IMG/VR virus record: IMGVR_UViG_3300020183_000012
Location: 1 to 64,000 of that record
Strand: one strand, 5' to 3'
DNA length: 64,000 nt
DNA from: a virus
In this document: positions 28,369-38,175 of the stretch, piece after piece
Layout of the letters: the number at the start of each line of letters is the position of its first letter
Numbering within the stretch: position 1 is the first letter of the stretch
The notes under the pieces: generated by a model
What the model saw: the letters and a program-made list of their open reading frames with translations, nothing else
Databases searched by the model: none
What the model was told of the DNA's origin: nothing
Position numbers and translations under genes: made by a program

Positions 28369-29216
28369 CAATCAAAATACTTCTAATACAAGAAAATGGT
28401 AGACACGAAGCAAATAGGTCATTTAGAGAATGTTTTTCTCTTGAAAGAGCGTTTATAAAATGCGATAATGAGGTTGTGGTATGGGGATTAGGTCATGCTA
28501 ATTATAATTCAAATATCAACTTTAATGAATATGATATGATATTTAACTTAGAAAATTATGGGGATGGGTGGATGCCCAATCTAAGTAATGTAGATGGTCC
28601 ATTGAAGATTTTGTGGAGTATAGACGCTCACTGTAGAGGAGTATCTCCTTATGAAAATATATTTTCTAATGGTAAATATGATTTAATGCTTCATTCTACT
28701 AAAGATTACGTAAAACATTCCTATCATATGTGGTTTCCTAATTCATTTGATAATAGCCTAATTAAACCAAATGAAACAGCTAAAAAACATAAATTTGGAT
28801 TTTGTGGCAACATAGTTAATAGGGGTCATATATTAGAAATTCTAAAAAATTCATATGGTTTGCACACAGATATATTTGTAATAGGTGAAGATATGGTTAA
28901 TGCAATAAATTCATATGTATGTCATTTTAATATGAATATAGCTAATGATATAAACTACAGATCCTTTGAAACTATAGGATGTAAAACATTATTAATAACA
29001 AACAAAAATTACCAATATGATGAGTTGGGTTTTGTGCATAATGAAAATTGCTTAATCTATGATTCTTTTGATCACTTGTATGAAATAATAAAAAATATTG
29101 ATAAATATAACATAGATCAAATTTCACAAAATGGTTATGAATTATCAAAAAACCATACTTACGATGTAAGAGTAAAAAATTTAGTCACTCAATTAAAAAA
29201 TAAAGGTTATATTTAG
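28365..29216 (+). CDS. CgeB/DUF3880-like GT-B glycosyltransferase
   Basis: GFCGN...R, N.....D.NYRSFE..G, G.......HTY..R. Confidence 0.75.
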   Translation: MTIKILLIQENGRHEANRSFRECFSLERAFIKCDNEVVVWGLGHANYNSNINFNEYDMIFNLENYGDGWMPNLSNVDGPLKILWSIDAHCRGVSPYENIFSNGKYDLMLHSTKDYVKHSYHMWFPNSFDNSLIKPNETAKKHKFGFCGNIVNRGHILEILKNSYGLHTDIFVIGEDMVNAINSYVCHFNMNIANDINYRSFETIGCKTLLITNKNYQYDELGFVHNENCLIYDSFDHLYEIIKNIDKYNIDQISQNGYELSKNHTYDVRVKNLVTQLKNKGYI

Positions 29217-29548
29217 CATTTGTAGGCATGGATGCTAAGAATTTTTCCATTTTTTACTTTGATTATATCGCATACTTCTATTGTATTATTTTCCTCTAGT
29301 GATATATTTATTTGGCATGCATAGTAGTCATGTTCATCTTTTATTATATTTTCTATGTGTATGCGTAATTGGGGGAACTGTTTAAATATATTCATATTTG
29401 CTTCTATTACATTTTCTTTACCTTCAACATATATATTCCAGTCCTTTAGAACTACATCTTCAGAATACAAGTTTCTAAGATCTTCTATGTTTTGACTTGA
29501 AAAACTCTCAAAATACTCTTTTATTATCCATAAATATTCAGATTTCAT
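29213..29548 (-). CDS. SnoaL/NTF2-like protein
   Basis: YF..F...I..L..LYSEDV.L.DW....G; final I..I.AY strand; SD AAGGAG. Confidence 0.75.
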   Translation of the reverse strand: MKSEYLWIIKEYFESFSSQNIEDLRNLYSEDVVLKDWNIYVEGKENVIEANMNIFKQFPQLRIHIENIIKDEHDYYACQINISLEENNTIEVCDIIKVKNGKILSIHAYKC

Positions 29549-29580
29549 ATATCTCCTTTTGTTATTTTAGATCGACAAAT

Positions 29581-29616
29581 AAAGGTAACTTATGTATTTT
29601 TTATTAAAATATAATT
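29581..29616 (+). promoter_or_regulatory. class A putative late promoter
   Basis: AAAGGTA...TAAAAT with GG 33 nt before ATG 29617. Confidence 0.6.
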
Positions 29617-29880
29617 ATGAAAAATTTATTTAAATTATCACAGGTTGATTTAAAAGGCATGCCTGGTTCTATGGGGGACGCTGTTTCTATAAATATAGAT
29701 GTTCCTAAATTTATTCAGCAAATGGGTCTTCAAAATCTTAATAATCTAGAAAATATTGGTAATGGTTTTGATCAATTGGCTGGTCAGCTTGAACAAATAA
29801 AAGATCCAAGGTCAACACAAGCAAGAGCAATAATTACTCAGGTTAGAAACCTTCAAAATAGCATAAAATCATTTAAATAA
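29617..29880 (+). CDS. small hypothetical protein with leader MKNLFKLSQ
   Basis: ORF downstream of a class A element. Confidence 0.7.
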   Translation: MKNLFKLSQVDLKGMPGSMGDAVSINIDVPKFIQQMGLQNLNNLENIGNGFDQLAGQLEQIKDPRSTQARAIITQVRNLQNSIKSFK

Positions 29881-29881
29881 T

Positions 29882-32800
29882 ATGAAGTGCAGCCCAGCTA
29901 ATGTTTATAAGCTTTTGAACGCTTCCAATACGGGGAATGCTAATAATATAAATTTAGGTGAATATCAGCATGTTATTGAAGATATCATAAGAAGGATAGG
30001 TGAAAAAAAATATAAACTTTCATTTATTCTATCTGCATTTGGTGGCATGCGTAATGCTCTTGAGGACGAAAATTGGGATTTTGAAGTTGATTATGATAAA
30101 ATTTATGAATGGCTAGATAATGATGACTACTGGATGGAATCATATGATGATTACTGGGATGAAAGTGATAATTTCTTTCATTATATAGGCTCTGTAGCCA
30201 ATGAGGATGAAATTAAACAAACTATAATATCAAATTTCTATGATGGCAACTTTAGTGCAAGTATGTCTTCTCTTTTGGAAAGTTGTTCTGGATCCTACGC
30301 TGAAAATTACAATCCTGATATTATACCAGTACAAACAATAATACAAGGCATCCTGGAAGACAATTTTCTGAATGCTTTAATTTCTGACATAGAATACGTT
30401 AAAATAATCCCTGATCACCGTCATCCATCTAATAGGGCAAAAAAGCATAACATAAATCCATCTAGTTTTTTTTCTCAAAAATTCTATGAAAAAATAGGCA
30501 TGCCATTCAATAGCAGGCCATCTCTTTCTCAGGAAGAGCTGGAAACATTTTTTGAACATTTAATTGATTATCTTGCCGGTATATATGCTGATGAAGTAGA
30601 ACATATGAATTCAGATAGTGAAATTATAGATGTTTTAAAATCAAATTATGAAGATAGCGCAAAAAAGAGGTGGATAGATGACAATAAAAGAGATTGGCTT
30701 AGGAGCGAAGCTGAAAACCACGCAGACAGTAGTGCTCAAGAGTTCCATAGTTACAATGCAAGATTGTCAAGGTTGTATCTTGGTAGTGATGCTAATTTGA
30801 CTGGATTTGCTCATCATCATTTTCAACCTATTACTAAAAGAATTGTCAAAGACAGGTGGATTTATTTTACAGGAGAAGATTCAGGCACAATATCCGTAGA
30901 TGAATCTCAGCCTGTTTCCAAGATTGGTATTGACGAATGGACTGATATAGCAGAAGAATTGAGGGAGCATGCAGATAGCTTTTATATAGATGAAAAGCAT
31001 AGTGAATTTATTGAAACTATAAAAAAATATTCAGATGCCATCAAGTTTGTAATATCTTCAGATCCAGTTTTAAAAGAAGTTTTCTCTGAAGAATCATCTG
31101 CTTACACTTCTTCTCTTGATGAAAGCGCAATAGTTCAGCAAGATGAAATATTTGCAGAAGCTTCTCATTACATGAGTCCTGAAGATTCACAAAAATTTAT
31201 GAGAGATGTTGCTGGCAACTCTCCAGAAAGAATTAGGTTAATAGAGGAGGCCAGAGAGAGAAGGAGAGCACAGGACGAACAAGACAGAATCCTTAGACAA
31301 AGGGCCGAGGAACAAAGACAGAGAGAATTTGAAGAAGAATCTAAAGCAATAGTTGAAAAAGAATCTTTAAGAAAAAAAATAACAGAAGAAAAGCAAAAAT
31401 ATCTTTCTAATCCAGAATTGATTTATAAAGATTTTGGAGATGATGGTGTCCGTATAGCCAAGGAAATGGGTCTTTTTGATAAAGGTTTTAATTTTAAGTC
31501 TTTTATTAATCTTGGTAGATCCTTCCCTGGTCAGCACGCTACAAACGTTGTTGTTTCAGATGCTGCAAATCACTCATCTAAAATAAGGCATTATTCGGAA
31601 ATTTTAGAGCCATTTAATATAGTCATACATCCTAAACATAGTGAAAAAGATCCCAAGGGAATGAATGTTGTTTTTGATAATGGGGATAGTGACGGCGGCA
31701 TAAATTATCATCATAGAGGTCTCACTAGAGACCAGACGCCAGAAGGATATTATAATTTTCTTGGTTGGGTTGGCGGAGGAATAGACTGGTTAAATAAAAC
31801 TATGTATGTCACGGAAATACAGAGTGATGTTGTTCAAAAGACTTATAGAATGAGAGATTTTCAAGCTAGTATGTCTGGGCTTGAACAGGAAAAAAATAAA
31901 TTGATTGATGAAATATCTTCTTTAAGCTCAAAGATTGAATCTTTTGATAATAAAAGTTATTTTGAAAATAAAATAAAAGAATTAGAAAATAAAATAAACT
32001 CTTCCTCAGACGAGCAAATGAAGCAAAGATTAAGGGTCGCAATAGATGCAATACGTAATCAAATGGTTAGCGGGATAGACCCGAATCAGCAAGATAAACA
32101 AAAATTAGAAAAGCTTAAGGCAAATCTTGCTGAAATAGAAAAGCAGATTTCTTCAATATCGGATAGAAAATCAGAAGACAAATCTCCTCAATTAAATAGG
32201 CCTCATTTGTCTCAGTTTAAGTCAAGAATAGAAAATAGATTCGAAGACTGGCTAGAAATATTTTACAATGAGATATTTAGATATTGCAATAACCTTGAGA
32301 TCAAAGCTCTTTATCTGGTAGGTGCTTCAACTTTGCATAAGTTGTGGACAGGGTGGTCAACTCAAGAAACTTTTGAGATGTTTAAGAAGGTTTATGACGA
32401 TCAGGCTTTGAAACATCAAATGGAGAAAGTAAAATTTAACAATAGTGTATGGTGGAAATTAGATTTAGGAAATAGAATGCCAAAATACGCAAAATCATGG
32501 TATAAAACAATAAAACTTGCTCAAAATGACTTTTCTAATGTCAATATATCTGATTTACTTGATCAGTTCAGAAGAGGAGCAATAAGTCAAAGTGATCTTG
32601 AACAAAAGATAAGAGAGAGGTATGCTGAATTTATAAAAAGCGGGCCTGTTAACAAAAATATATATGTTGAAAAGCTGAAGGCTTTTTTTAAGACACACTC
32701 CCAAATTATGGGAGGATCTGAAGAATTTGACTCTGCAGATGATGACTCTGCAGATGGTGAATACTCTAAGTTGGAGAGAATTAGATCTGCAATATCTGCT

Positions 32801-32935
32801 TTTATGAGCACGACGGGAAAAGAATATATGGATGAAAACGGAGAGGAACTAAAGGAGCCATTCAAGTCAATACTCCATAGATTCCTTATCCAAAATTATA
32901 ATTATGATTTAGAGCTAGATGAGCTTATAGATTAA
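29882..32935 (+). CDS. large acidic coiled-coil protein with TEIQSD motif (putative virion-injected protein)
   Basis: 1017 aa; GW......TMYVTEIQSD..Q; two coiled coils; internal SWYK..KLAQ motif. Confidence 0.6.
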   Translation: MKCSPANVYKLLNASNTGNANNINLGEYQHVIEDIIRRIGEKKYKLSFILSAFGGMRNALEDENWDFEVDYDKIYEWLDNDDYWMESYDDYWDESDNFFHYIGSVANEDEIKQTIISNFYDGNFSASMSSLLESCSGSYAENYNPDIIPVQTIIQGILEDNFLNALISDIEYVKIIPDHRHPSNRAKKHNINPSSFFSQKFYEKIGMPFNSRPSLSQEELETFFEHLIDYLAGIYADEVEHMNSDSEIIDVLKSNYEDSAKKRWIDDNKRDWLRSEAENHADSSAQEFHSYNARLSRLYLGSDANLTGFAHHHFQPITKRIVKDRWIYFTGEDSGTISVDESQPVSKIGIDEWTDIAEELREHADSFYIDEKHSEFIETIKKYSDAIKFVISSDPVLKEVFSEESSAYTSSLDESAIVQQDEIFAEASHYMSPEDSQKFMRDVAGNSPERIRLIEEARERRRAQDEQDRILRQRAEEQRQREFEEESKAIVEKESLRKKITEEKQKYLSNPELIYKDFGDDGVRIAKEMGLFDKGFNFKSFINLGRSFPGQHATNVVVSDAANHSSKIRHYSEILEPFNIVIHPKHSEKDPKGMNVVFDNGDSDGGINYHHRGLTRDQTPEGYYNFLGWVGGGIDWLNKTMYVTEIQSDVVQKTYRMRDFQASMSGLEQEKNKLIDEISSLSSKIESFDNKSYFENKIKELENKINSSSDEQMKQRLRVAIDAIRNQMVSGIDPNQQDKQKLEKLKANLAEIEKQISSISDRKSEDKSPQLNRPHLSQFKSRIENRFEDWLEIFYNEIFRYCNNLEIKALYLVGASTLHKLWTGWSTQETFEMFKKVYDDQALKHQMEKVKFNNSVWWKLDLGNRMPKYAKSWYKTIKLAQNDFSNVNISDLLDQFRRGAISQSDLEQKIRERYAEFIKSGPVNKNIYVEKLKAFFKTHSQIMGGSEEFDSADDDSADGEYSKLERIRSAISAFMSTTGKEYMDENGEELKEPFKSILHRFLIQNYNYDLELDELID

Positions 32936-33267
32936 AATTTGTCTATAAGATCTCTTTGTATTCTTGTTCGGTAGAACCATGGAGTTGACATAACTTCACG
33001 TACAGAAGAAAAATTCTTTTCTATTTCTTTAATTTGCATCCTTAAAGAATCATTACTGTTCTCAAGATCTTTTATCTTTTCTCCATATTCTTTTTCCAAT
33101 GCTTGTCTCGCACTATCTTTTGTTTCTTGTAGCTCTTTTTCTAGTTTGTTTATTTTGTCTAGGGATTCAGTCAGCAGTTTGCGACAATTGTCATTTATGC
33201 CGCTCCATGAATTTTCTATAAGTTTTTCTAATTCGCTTTTTACGGAATCTTTTTTTGTCTTCTTCAT
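32932..33267 (-). CDS. hypothetical coiled-coil protein
   Basis: ATGA-coupled operon. Confidence 0.65.
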   Translation of the reverse strand: MKKTKKDSVKSELEKLIENSWSGINDNCRKLLTESLDKINKLEKELQETKDSARQALEKEYGEKIKDLENSNDSLRMQIKEIEKNFSSVREVMSTPWFYRTRIQRDLIDKF

Positions 33268-33497
33268 TCTGAAATTTCCATTTCTTTTTTGATAAAAATC
33301 ATGGCATGTTTTATCTCGTCTAGTTCTTGGAGAGCTTTTCCATATACGGTGTCTCCTGGAGTCATTTTGTGTTCATCTTCATCATTAAATTTATTTGATT
33401 CTATAATGGAATATTTTTTTAATAGGTTTCTTACCTCATTGCTAAATAAGTTGCTTATACCTTCTGGTAGTGACTGATCTCTCATTGATTTCTCCAT
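33264..33497 (-). CDS. hypothetical protein
   Basis: Overlap-coupled operon. Confidence 0.6.
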   Translation of the reverse strand: MEKSMRDQSLPEGISNLFSNEVRNLLKKYSIIESNKFNDEDEHKMTPGDTVYGKALQELDEIKHAMIFIKKEMEISE

Positions 33498-33733
33498 TTA
33501 TTAATAAGTAATAGTGTTGTTATTGAAAGAAGGGACAAAAGAAATATGCATAAGAATTTATATATATATAATTTTTTGTTTATTTTTTTTATTGCCGCTT
33601 CTTTTCTTATGATTATATCCGCTGCCTCACTGTATATTGTCGGATATTCTCTTTCGATTTCTGAATTTTCTTTAATTATATTTGATATCATTTTATGTTT
33701 TTTGTTTAATTTGTTTATTATTTCAGTGTTCAT
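33482..33733 (-). CDS. hypothetical protein with C-terminal TM helix
   Basis: FLCIFLLSLLSITTLLLI; GACGATATA element 12 nt upstream. Confidence 0.6.
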   Translation of the reverse strand: MNTEIINKLNKKHKMISNIIKENSEIEREYPTIYSEAADIIIRKEAAIKKINKKLYIYKFLCIFLLSLLSITTLLLINKWRNQ

Positions 33734-33835
33734 AAATATATATCGTCTTTGATCTTATGATATTTGACGATAAAAATCCGCAGGATTAATTATCAATATT
33801 CAATAATATACATTGTAATTTAGGAGATATCCATA

Positions 33836-35491
33836 ATGGGCAAATTTAATTTTAAAAAATATTCTAGTTTCGTTTCTCAACAGGAAAATTCACTTATTAA
33901 AGTCGCTGCTGTTGAAGATTATTTTATAAAAAATTTAGAGGTTCCCGGTACTGGCAAGACATTTAAAGAACTTTTTCAGGAAAAAGTACCTAATGAAACA
34001 GAGGAACAAAGAAACCTCAGGATGGATGGGCTTAAAAATAATGTCTCAGTTATAAAGAATAACAAAATATTTATAAGAGCTTTGACTGTAGCGGAACAAG
34101 AGTTAAAAGGTCAGTCTGGAAATATCTATAGACACATACAGGACATAAATAATAAATTATTTTCCATGGCTATGGAAAAATATTTTGTTGATTTTGAAAA
34201 TGGCGCTATGAAAATGAAGTTTGACAATAATTGGTCTTCTCAGCAACAAAATTCAGCTATTTTAGAATGGAAGAATGGTCTTACTGAGGGTATGCGAGGT
34301 GGTGGCTTTGCAGGAAGAGGAGACTTTGTTTATTTGCTTGTTAGGTCAATGATTGGAGCCGTAAAAGGAAAAGAACAGTGGTATATTAAGGATGTTAGAA
34401 AATTTGATATGGGCAGAGTTGAGCTTTTTTTCCATGAGTGTGAAAATGACACATCTAAACTTAATAAATTCTCTAATTATGAGCAGTCCGGTGCTCAAGC
34501 GGTAGAAGGAGTTGTGCATTCTGATGAGATTCAAAATGAATCCGGTGGTATTTGTGGTTTTGTGAAAACTTCGTCCCCTGGCTGGTTTTATTTGTATGGC
34601 AAAGCAAGTAATCGTTGGTGCAACGAAAAATTTACAAAAGAAAATGGGCCTTTTCAGGGAGCTGAAAACCAGTCTTCTAAAAATCATGCACTTCTGTTTG
34701 CTGCCAGTCAAAGTACTGGATGGTGCACGGGTAACACATCAGCAGAACACTATTTATCTTTATCAATAAAATTTTATTTGTATTTTCCTCAGGGCCAAGC
34801 TTTAGATCAGTCTGGTCGTGTGAATCAGGCAGTTGTTGCTATAGTTCAGAAACCAAACGGTTCTTATCAAGAATGTGTGGGTCATCAAAATTCTCCTCCA
34901 TGGGGTTATTTATCTCAAATTATTGATATTATGAGCAAAGATAACATAAAAGTTGAACCAGGATCAAAGTTTGGATACAGCGGCGGTGTAAATGGAGATG
35001 CGCCTTTCCAATGGTATAGAGACAACAAAGATAAAAGCCCTGGAGAAATATTTCCCAAAGTAGATTTTGTTTTAGATGCAGTTAAAAAGAAGATTGACTC
35101 ATTTGACAATATAGTAGATCTTGCTTCTTCAGTAACATCTGGAGGATTTAAAGAAGATATTGTTAGAAGTAAAAGTGGAATGGAGTCAGCTGCAACTATT
35201 GGTATAATTCCAGAAATTCTAAAAAAACCTGGTGCAAAAGAAGATTATGCAGCTAGAGTTGAGTCTTATATCGAGGACATTGACCCAAAACTTCATGGTA
35301 TTTTTAAAGATATATTAAGTAATATTTTTCCAGGTCTTGGTTCAATGTCGTCTGCAAAAGACAAGATTACTCAAAATTTTAGATCTTTGATTACTCAAAA
35401 GATACTTCCAGCAGAAGAGGAAGAATTGCTTTTTAGAGATGATAAAGAATCTACTCTTCGAGAGATAGTGGATCATTTTATATATAAGTGA
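33836..35491 (+). CDS. hypothetical protein with TGWCT motif (PcfJ-like, tentative)
   Basis: TGWCTG...AEHYL....FYLY; SD TAGGAG; class A element at 33781; leader MGKFNFKKYS. Confidence 0.6.
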   Translation: MGKFNFKKYSSFVSQQENSLIKVAAVEDYFIKNLEVPGTGKTFKELFQEKVPNETEEQRNLRMDGLKNNVSVIKNNKIFIRALTVAEQELKGQSGNIYRHIQDINNKLFSMAMEKYFVDFENGAMKMKFDNNWSSQQQNSAILEWKNGLTEGMRGGGFAGRGDFVYLLVRSMIGAVKGKEQWYIKDVRKFDMGRVELFFHECENDTSKLNKFSNYEQSGAQAVEGVVHSDEIQNESGGICGFVKTSSPGWFYLYGKASNRWCNEKFTKENGPFQGAENQSSKNHALLFAASQSTGWCTGNTSAEHYLSLSIKFYLYFPQGQALDQSGRVNQAVVAIVQKPNGSYQECVGHQNSPPWGYLSQIIDIMSKDNIKVEPGSKFGYSGGVNGDAPFQWYRDNKDKSPGEIFPKVDFVLDAVKKKIDSFDNIVDLASSVTSGGFKEDIVRSKSGMESAATIGIIPEILKKPGAKEDYAARVESYIEDIDPKLHGIFKDILSNIFPGLGSMSSAKDKITQNFRSLITQKILPAEEEELLFRDDKESTLREIVDHFIYK

Positions 35492-35566
35492 TTATTCATC
35501 TACCTAGAATATTTATACGATAGTTTGGCAAATAATGTTATCGTGCCACTAAGAATAACTGAAAAG

Positions 35567-36706
35567 CTAGTAGTCGATTCCAATTGCCCATCCATCGCTA
35601 AACCTTCCAGCTGTGATTGGATTTCCACCTATGTATATTTTTGCGGTTTCCAATGGAGATCCAGATTTTTCTAAAACTAATATTCTATTTGAGTTGTCTA
35701 GATCTATAAAAAGATTTCCAAAAAGAATCTTTTTTTCAGTGTCTGGAGAAGCTGAATTGAATGTTGTTGGTTCTTTTGCTGTATTTAAATAATAGTCAGT
35801 GTTGTTTGTTGTGCTTGTTTGTATGGGTATGCCTTTATATGTAGTTCTTATCCCTTGTCTTGATATATCATTGCTTTGTGAATTTTTATACACATGTATA
35901 GCCCTAAAATTATTGTACATTGAAGTAAGTATTGGCACTCCCGAGATAAAAGTTGGCGCATCCTCTGTTGGGCTTCCACTTACAGTCCTTATTATAGGCA
36001 TATGGTTGTCTTCTTGATTTTTGGCAAACTTTATTTGTCCTAGTCCTCCAAAATTCGATATCTCTTCTGTTGCTCCATCTAGTGTATTGTTTATTTCATA
36101 GCTATAGGATATGTATGGACTCAAGGTTGACGATGCGGATTCCAATGAGTGTATGCTTCTTAGATTTGTCGATTGCACTTCTGATCTTTTTACTAAAAAA
36201 AACTGTATGTAGTTGCCGTAAACTTCTCTGTTTTGACAGTATTCATTGAATTTTGAAAGTACAGATGAAGATGTTGTAGTGTTTGTCACAGCAGATAATA
36301 TTAAATCTCCTATGTCTGTTCCATTTAGAAGTTGATCGGCGTTGCCAATACCTCCAGACCATCCTACTCCAGCACATTCTCCTATTATTTCAGGGTCCGC
36401 CAGCGTACACACAGATGTCATTGATGTGTAGCTTAATTCTGCCTGATTGTACTCCCATATGTACAAATCAGTTGTCATTTGTGTGCCTGTTCCAGAAGTT
36501 GTTACATTTAATGAAGCCGATGTTACAGTTGCATATTTTGGCACAGAACTTATATCAAATTTGAAAAATGGTCTTCTGTAAGTGGTAGAACCCTTATTAA
36601 AACCATATCCTACGAGTAAAGTAATGGAAGTATTTCCTACCGGTGCAATAGCAAGTCCATCTAAAAAGGCATCATCATAGGCATAAAGATTAGGAGCAGT
36701 TGGCAT
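35567..36706 (-). CDS. DNRLRE/CBM96-like domain protein, likely virion-associated
   Basis: D.F..., L.VG, RRPFFKFDISSVP..ATVTSASL.V, S.E....P.I pattern. Confidence 0.65.
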   Translation of the reverse strand: MPTAPNLYAYDDAFLDGLAIAPVGNTSITLLVGYGFNKGSTTYRRPFFKFDISSVPKYATVTSASLNVTTSGTGTQMTTDLYIWEYNQAELSYTSMTSVCTLADPEIIGECAGVGWSGGIGNADQLLNGTDIGDLILSAVTNTTTSSSVLSKFNEYCQNREVYGNYIQFFLVKRSEVQSTNLRSIHSLESASSTLSPYISYSYEINNTLDGATEEISNFGGLGQIKFAKNQEDNHMPIIRTVSGSPTEDAPTFISGVPILTSMYNNFRAIHVYKNSQSNDISRQGIRTTYKGIPIQTSTTNNTDYYLNTAKEPTTFNSASPDTEKKILFGNLFIDLDNSNRILVLEKSGSPLETAKIYIGGNPITAGRFSDGWAIGIDY

Positions 36707-37242
36707 TACTTTTTCTTTTTCTTACTTGATGTTGTTCTCCATCCTCCGCCATGCTGCTTGTACCATCTTGCAGCCCAGCCATTTGCGTAGGCACTAGGAT
36801 ATACATCAAACTTTTTTCTGGCAAGAGACTTTGCTCTTGACCACAAAGATGGATTTGTTGGTTTTGCTTTTTGCTTACCCCTTGGTTTTTTTGATCCCTT
36901 TTTTGCTGCTTCTTTTTCCATAAAGGACTCGTAATTAAGAGCGTATTTCTCTACATCGTGCATAGGAGTTTTTGTATACATGTCATGGTATGGACAGTAG
37001 TACTCTCCTTGTTTAGGATCATAGTAATAAGCCATTCCGCTTTTTCCCACGAATGGGCCCTCAAGTCCTGACCTTGGTCTGAATTCTTGGCCTTTGGAAT
37101 CAATTACAAGTTTCGGATTTCCTTGTGAGTCAAATTGTCCCATTTCTTTTTTGGGGTCTTCAGTTTGGGCGGTCTTTTTCATTCCGCCCATTTTTTCCAT
37201 AAAAGATTTCCAATTTATTAGGTTTGGTGTGTTATTTTGCAT
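36706..37242 (-). CDS. basic phage protein (GLEGPF..YYDP plus PSAYANGW motifs)
   Basis: PTNPSLW..AK..A..KF.VYPSAYANGW...WYK..GG.W; Lys-rich. Confidence 0.7.
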   Translation of the reverse strand: MQNNTPNLINWKSFMEKMGGMKKTAQTEDPKKEMGQFDSQGNPKLVIDSKGQEFRPRSGLEGPFVGKSGMAYYYDPKQGEYYCPYHDMYTKTPMHDVEKYALNYESFMEKEAAKKGSKKPRGKQKAKPTNPSLWSRAKSLARKKFDVYPSAYANGWAARWYKQHGGGWRTTSSKKKKK

Positions 37243-37251
37243 TTTTTCCTT

Positions 37252-37548
37252 TTATTTTTTCTTTTTCTTTGTAAACGTTCTGACAAAATTAGGAGATCTT
37301 GCCTTACCGGAATTATCTGATTTATTTTCGACTTTTCTTTTTCTGGAGCATGCAGATTGCCTTTGGCTTTCCGACATGGACTTTGCACTGGATCTCGGTC
37401 TGCATTTTGGGTAAGCTCCTGAGTCAGCGTTAGATCTTCCACACGGAGGGAATGAGCCGTCTTTGTTTTTGCGGCATATGTTCACCCAGTCTCCTTTTTT
37501 TCCCTTGCCAAACCATTCATTTAAAGATGCTGTTTTGTACCAGTTCAT
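37252..37548 (-). CDS. basic phage protein (L..WF..W..CGR..YPKC.P motif) with MNWYKTAS leader
   Basis: LNEWFG....DWV...PCGR.....YPKCRP; class A element upstream. Confidence 0.75.
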   Translation of the reverse strand: MNWYKTASLNEWFGKGKKGDWVNICRKNKDGSFPPCGRSNADSGAYPKCRPRSSAKSMSESQRQSACSRKRKVENKSDNSGKARSPNFVRTFTKKKKK

Positions 37549-37583
37549 AATATTTAATTATTAATCCTAGGGAAATATCCTGT
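37549..37583 (-). promoter_or_regulatory. class A putative late promoter
   Basis: CAGGATA...ATAATT with GG 32 nt before ATG 37548. Confidence 0.6.
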
Positions 37584-37731
37584 ATTGCTATTTTTATTTT
37601 TTAAAGAGAGGATATGCTGGCTAAAATAAAATAATCAAAACATTAGAGTAGTTTGGAATATAGACGATATAGACTCGGATCTTGTTCGTATGATGAATGT
37701 GAATGATTTTCAAATTGACAAGTTAATACAA

Positions 37732-38097
37732 GGGCTCGAAAAGGTATCGATTGGAGGTTGAAACTTAAGATTGCACGCCGTGGTTGGTCGAATGGCCACG
37801 AAAAAAATCGATCAAAAAGTAACTGACAACTATCAGTTCAATTCATACAGAATTGGGTTTACCCAGTTCCGTCTCGCAGCCTAATTCGCTGCAAAGCATC
37901 TCCTGACTCCTGCTGGTGGCAGATGCACATAATAGCAGGATATTCAAACGAGTGTGTTACGAGCGAGTTTGAAGAAATATTCGTAAGAGCTGCCCGTATC
38001 TTGCTTGTGAGTATCGGGTTGCATTAATCACAGGATAAGCGTGTAGACATCTGAGCGTATGCCTAACAACACGGGGGTTCGACTCCCCCCGAGTCCA
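37732..38097 (+). ncRNA. ssrA: tmRNA
   Basis: Acceptor stem GGGCTCG/CGAGTCC with G3:U70 and A73; T-arm GGGGGTTCGACTCCCCC; tag ORF 37825..37884 (A)DNYQFNSYRIGFTQFRLAA*; GCAGC/GCTGC hairpin over the stop. Confidence 0.92.
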
Positions 38098-38100
38098 CAT

Positions 38101-38172
38101 GAGGATGTAACTCAATGGCAGAGTTCTACCCTTCCAAGGTAGATGTTGCGGGTTCGACTCCCGTCATCCTCT
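38101..38172 (+). tRNA. tRNA-Gly(TCC)
   Basis: GAGGATG/CATCCTC stem; CTACC-ctTCCaa-GGTAG; GGTTCGAC; no encoded CCA. Confidence 0.93.
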
Positions 38173-38175
38173 TTT

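Noticed and set aside
32730-32759. 15-bp in-frame tandem duplications (here and 23611..23640)
   Set aside because: Ordinary slippage events with no sign of function.
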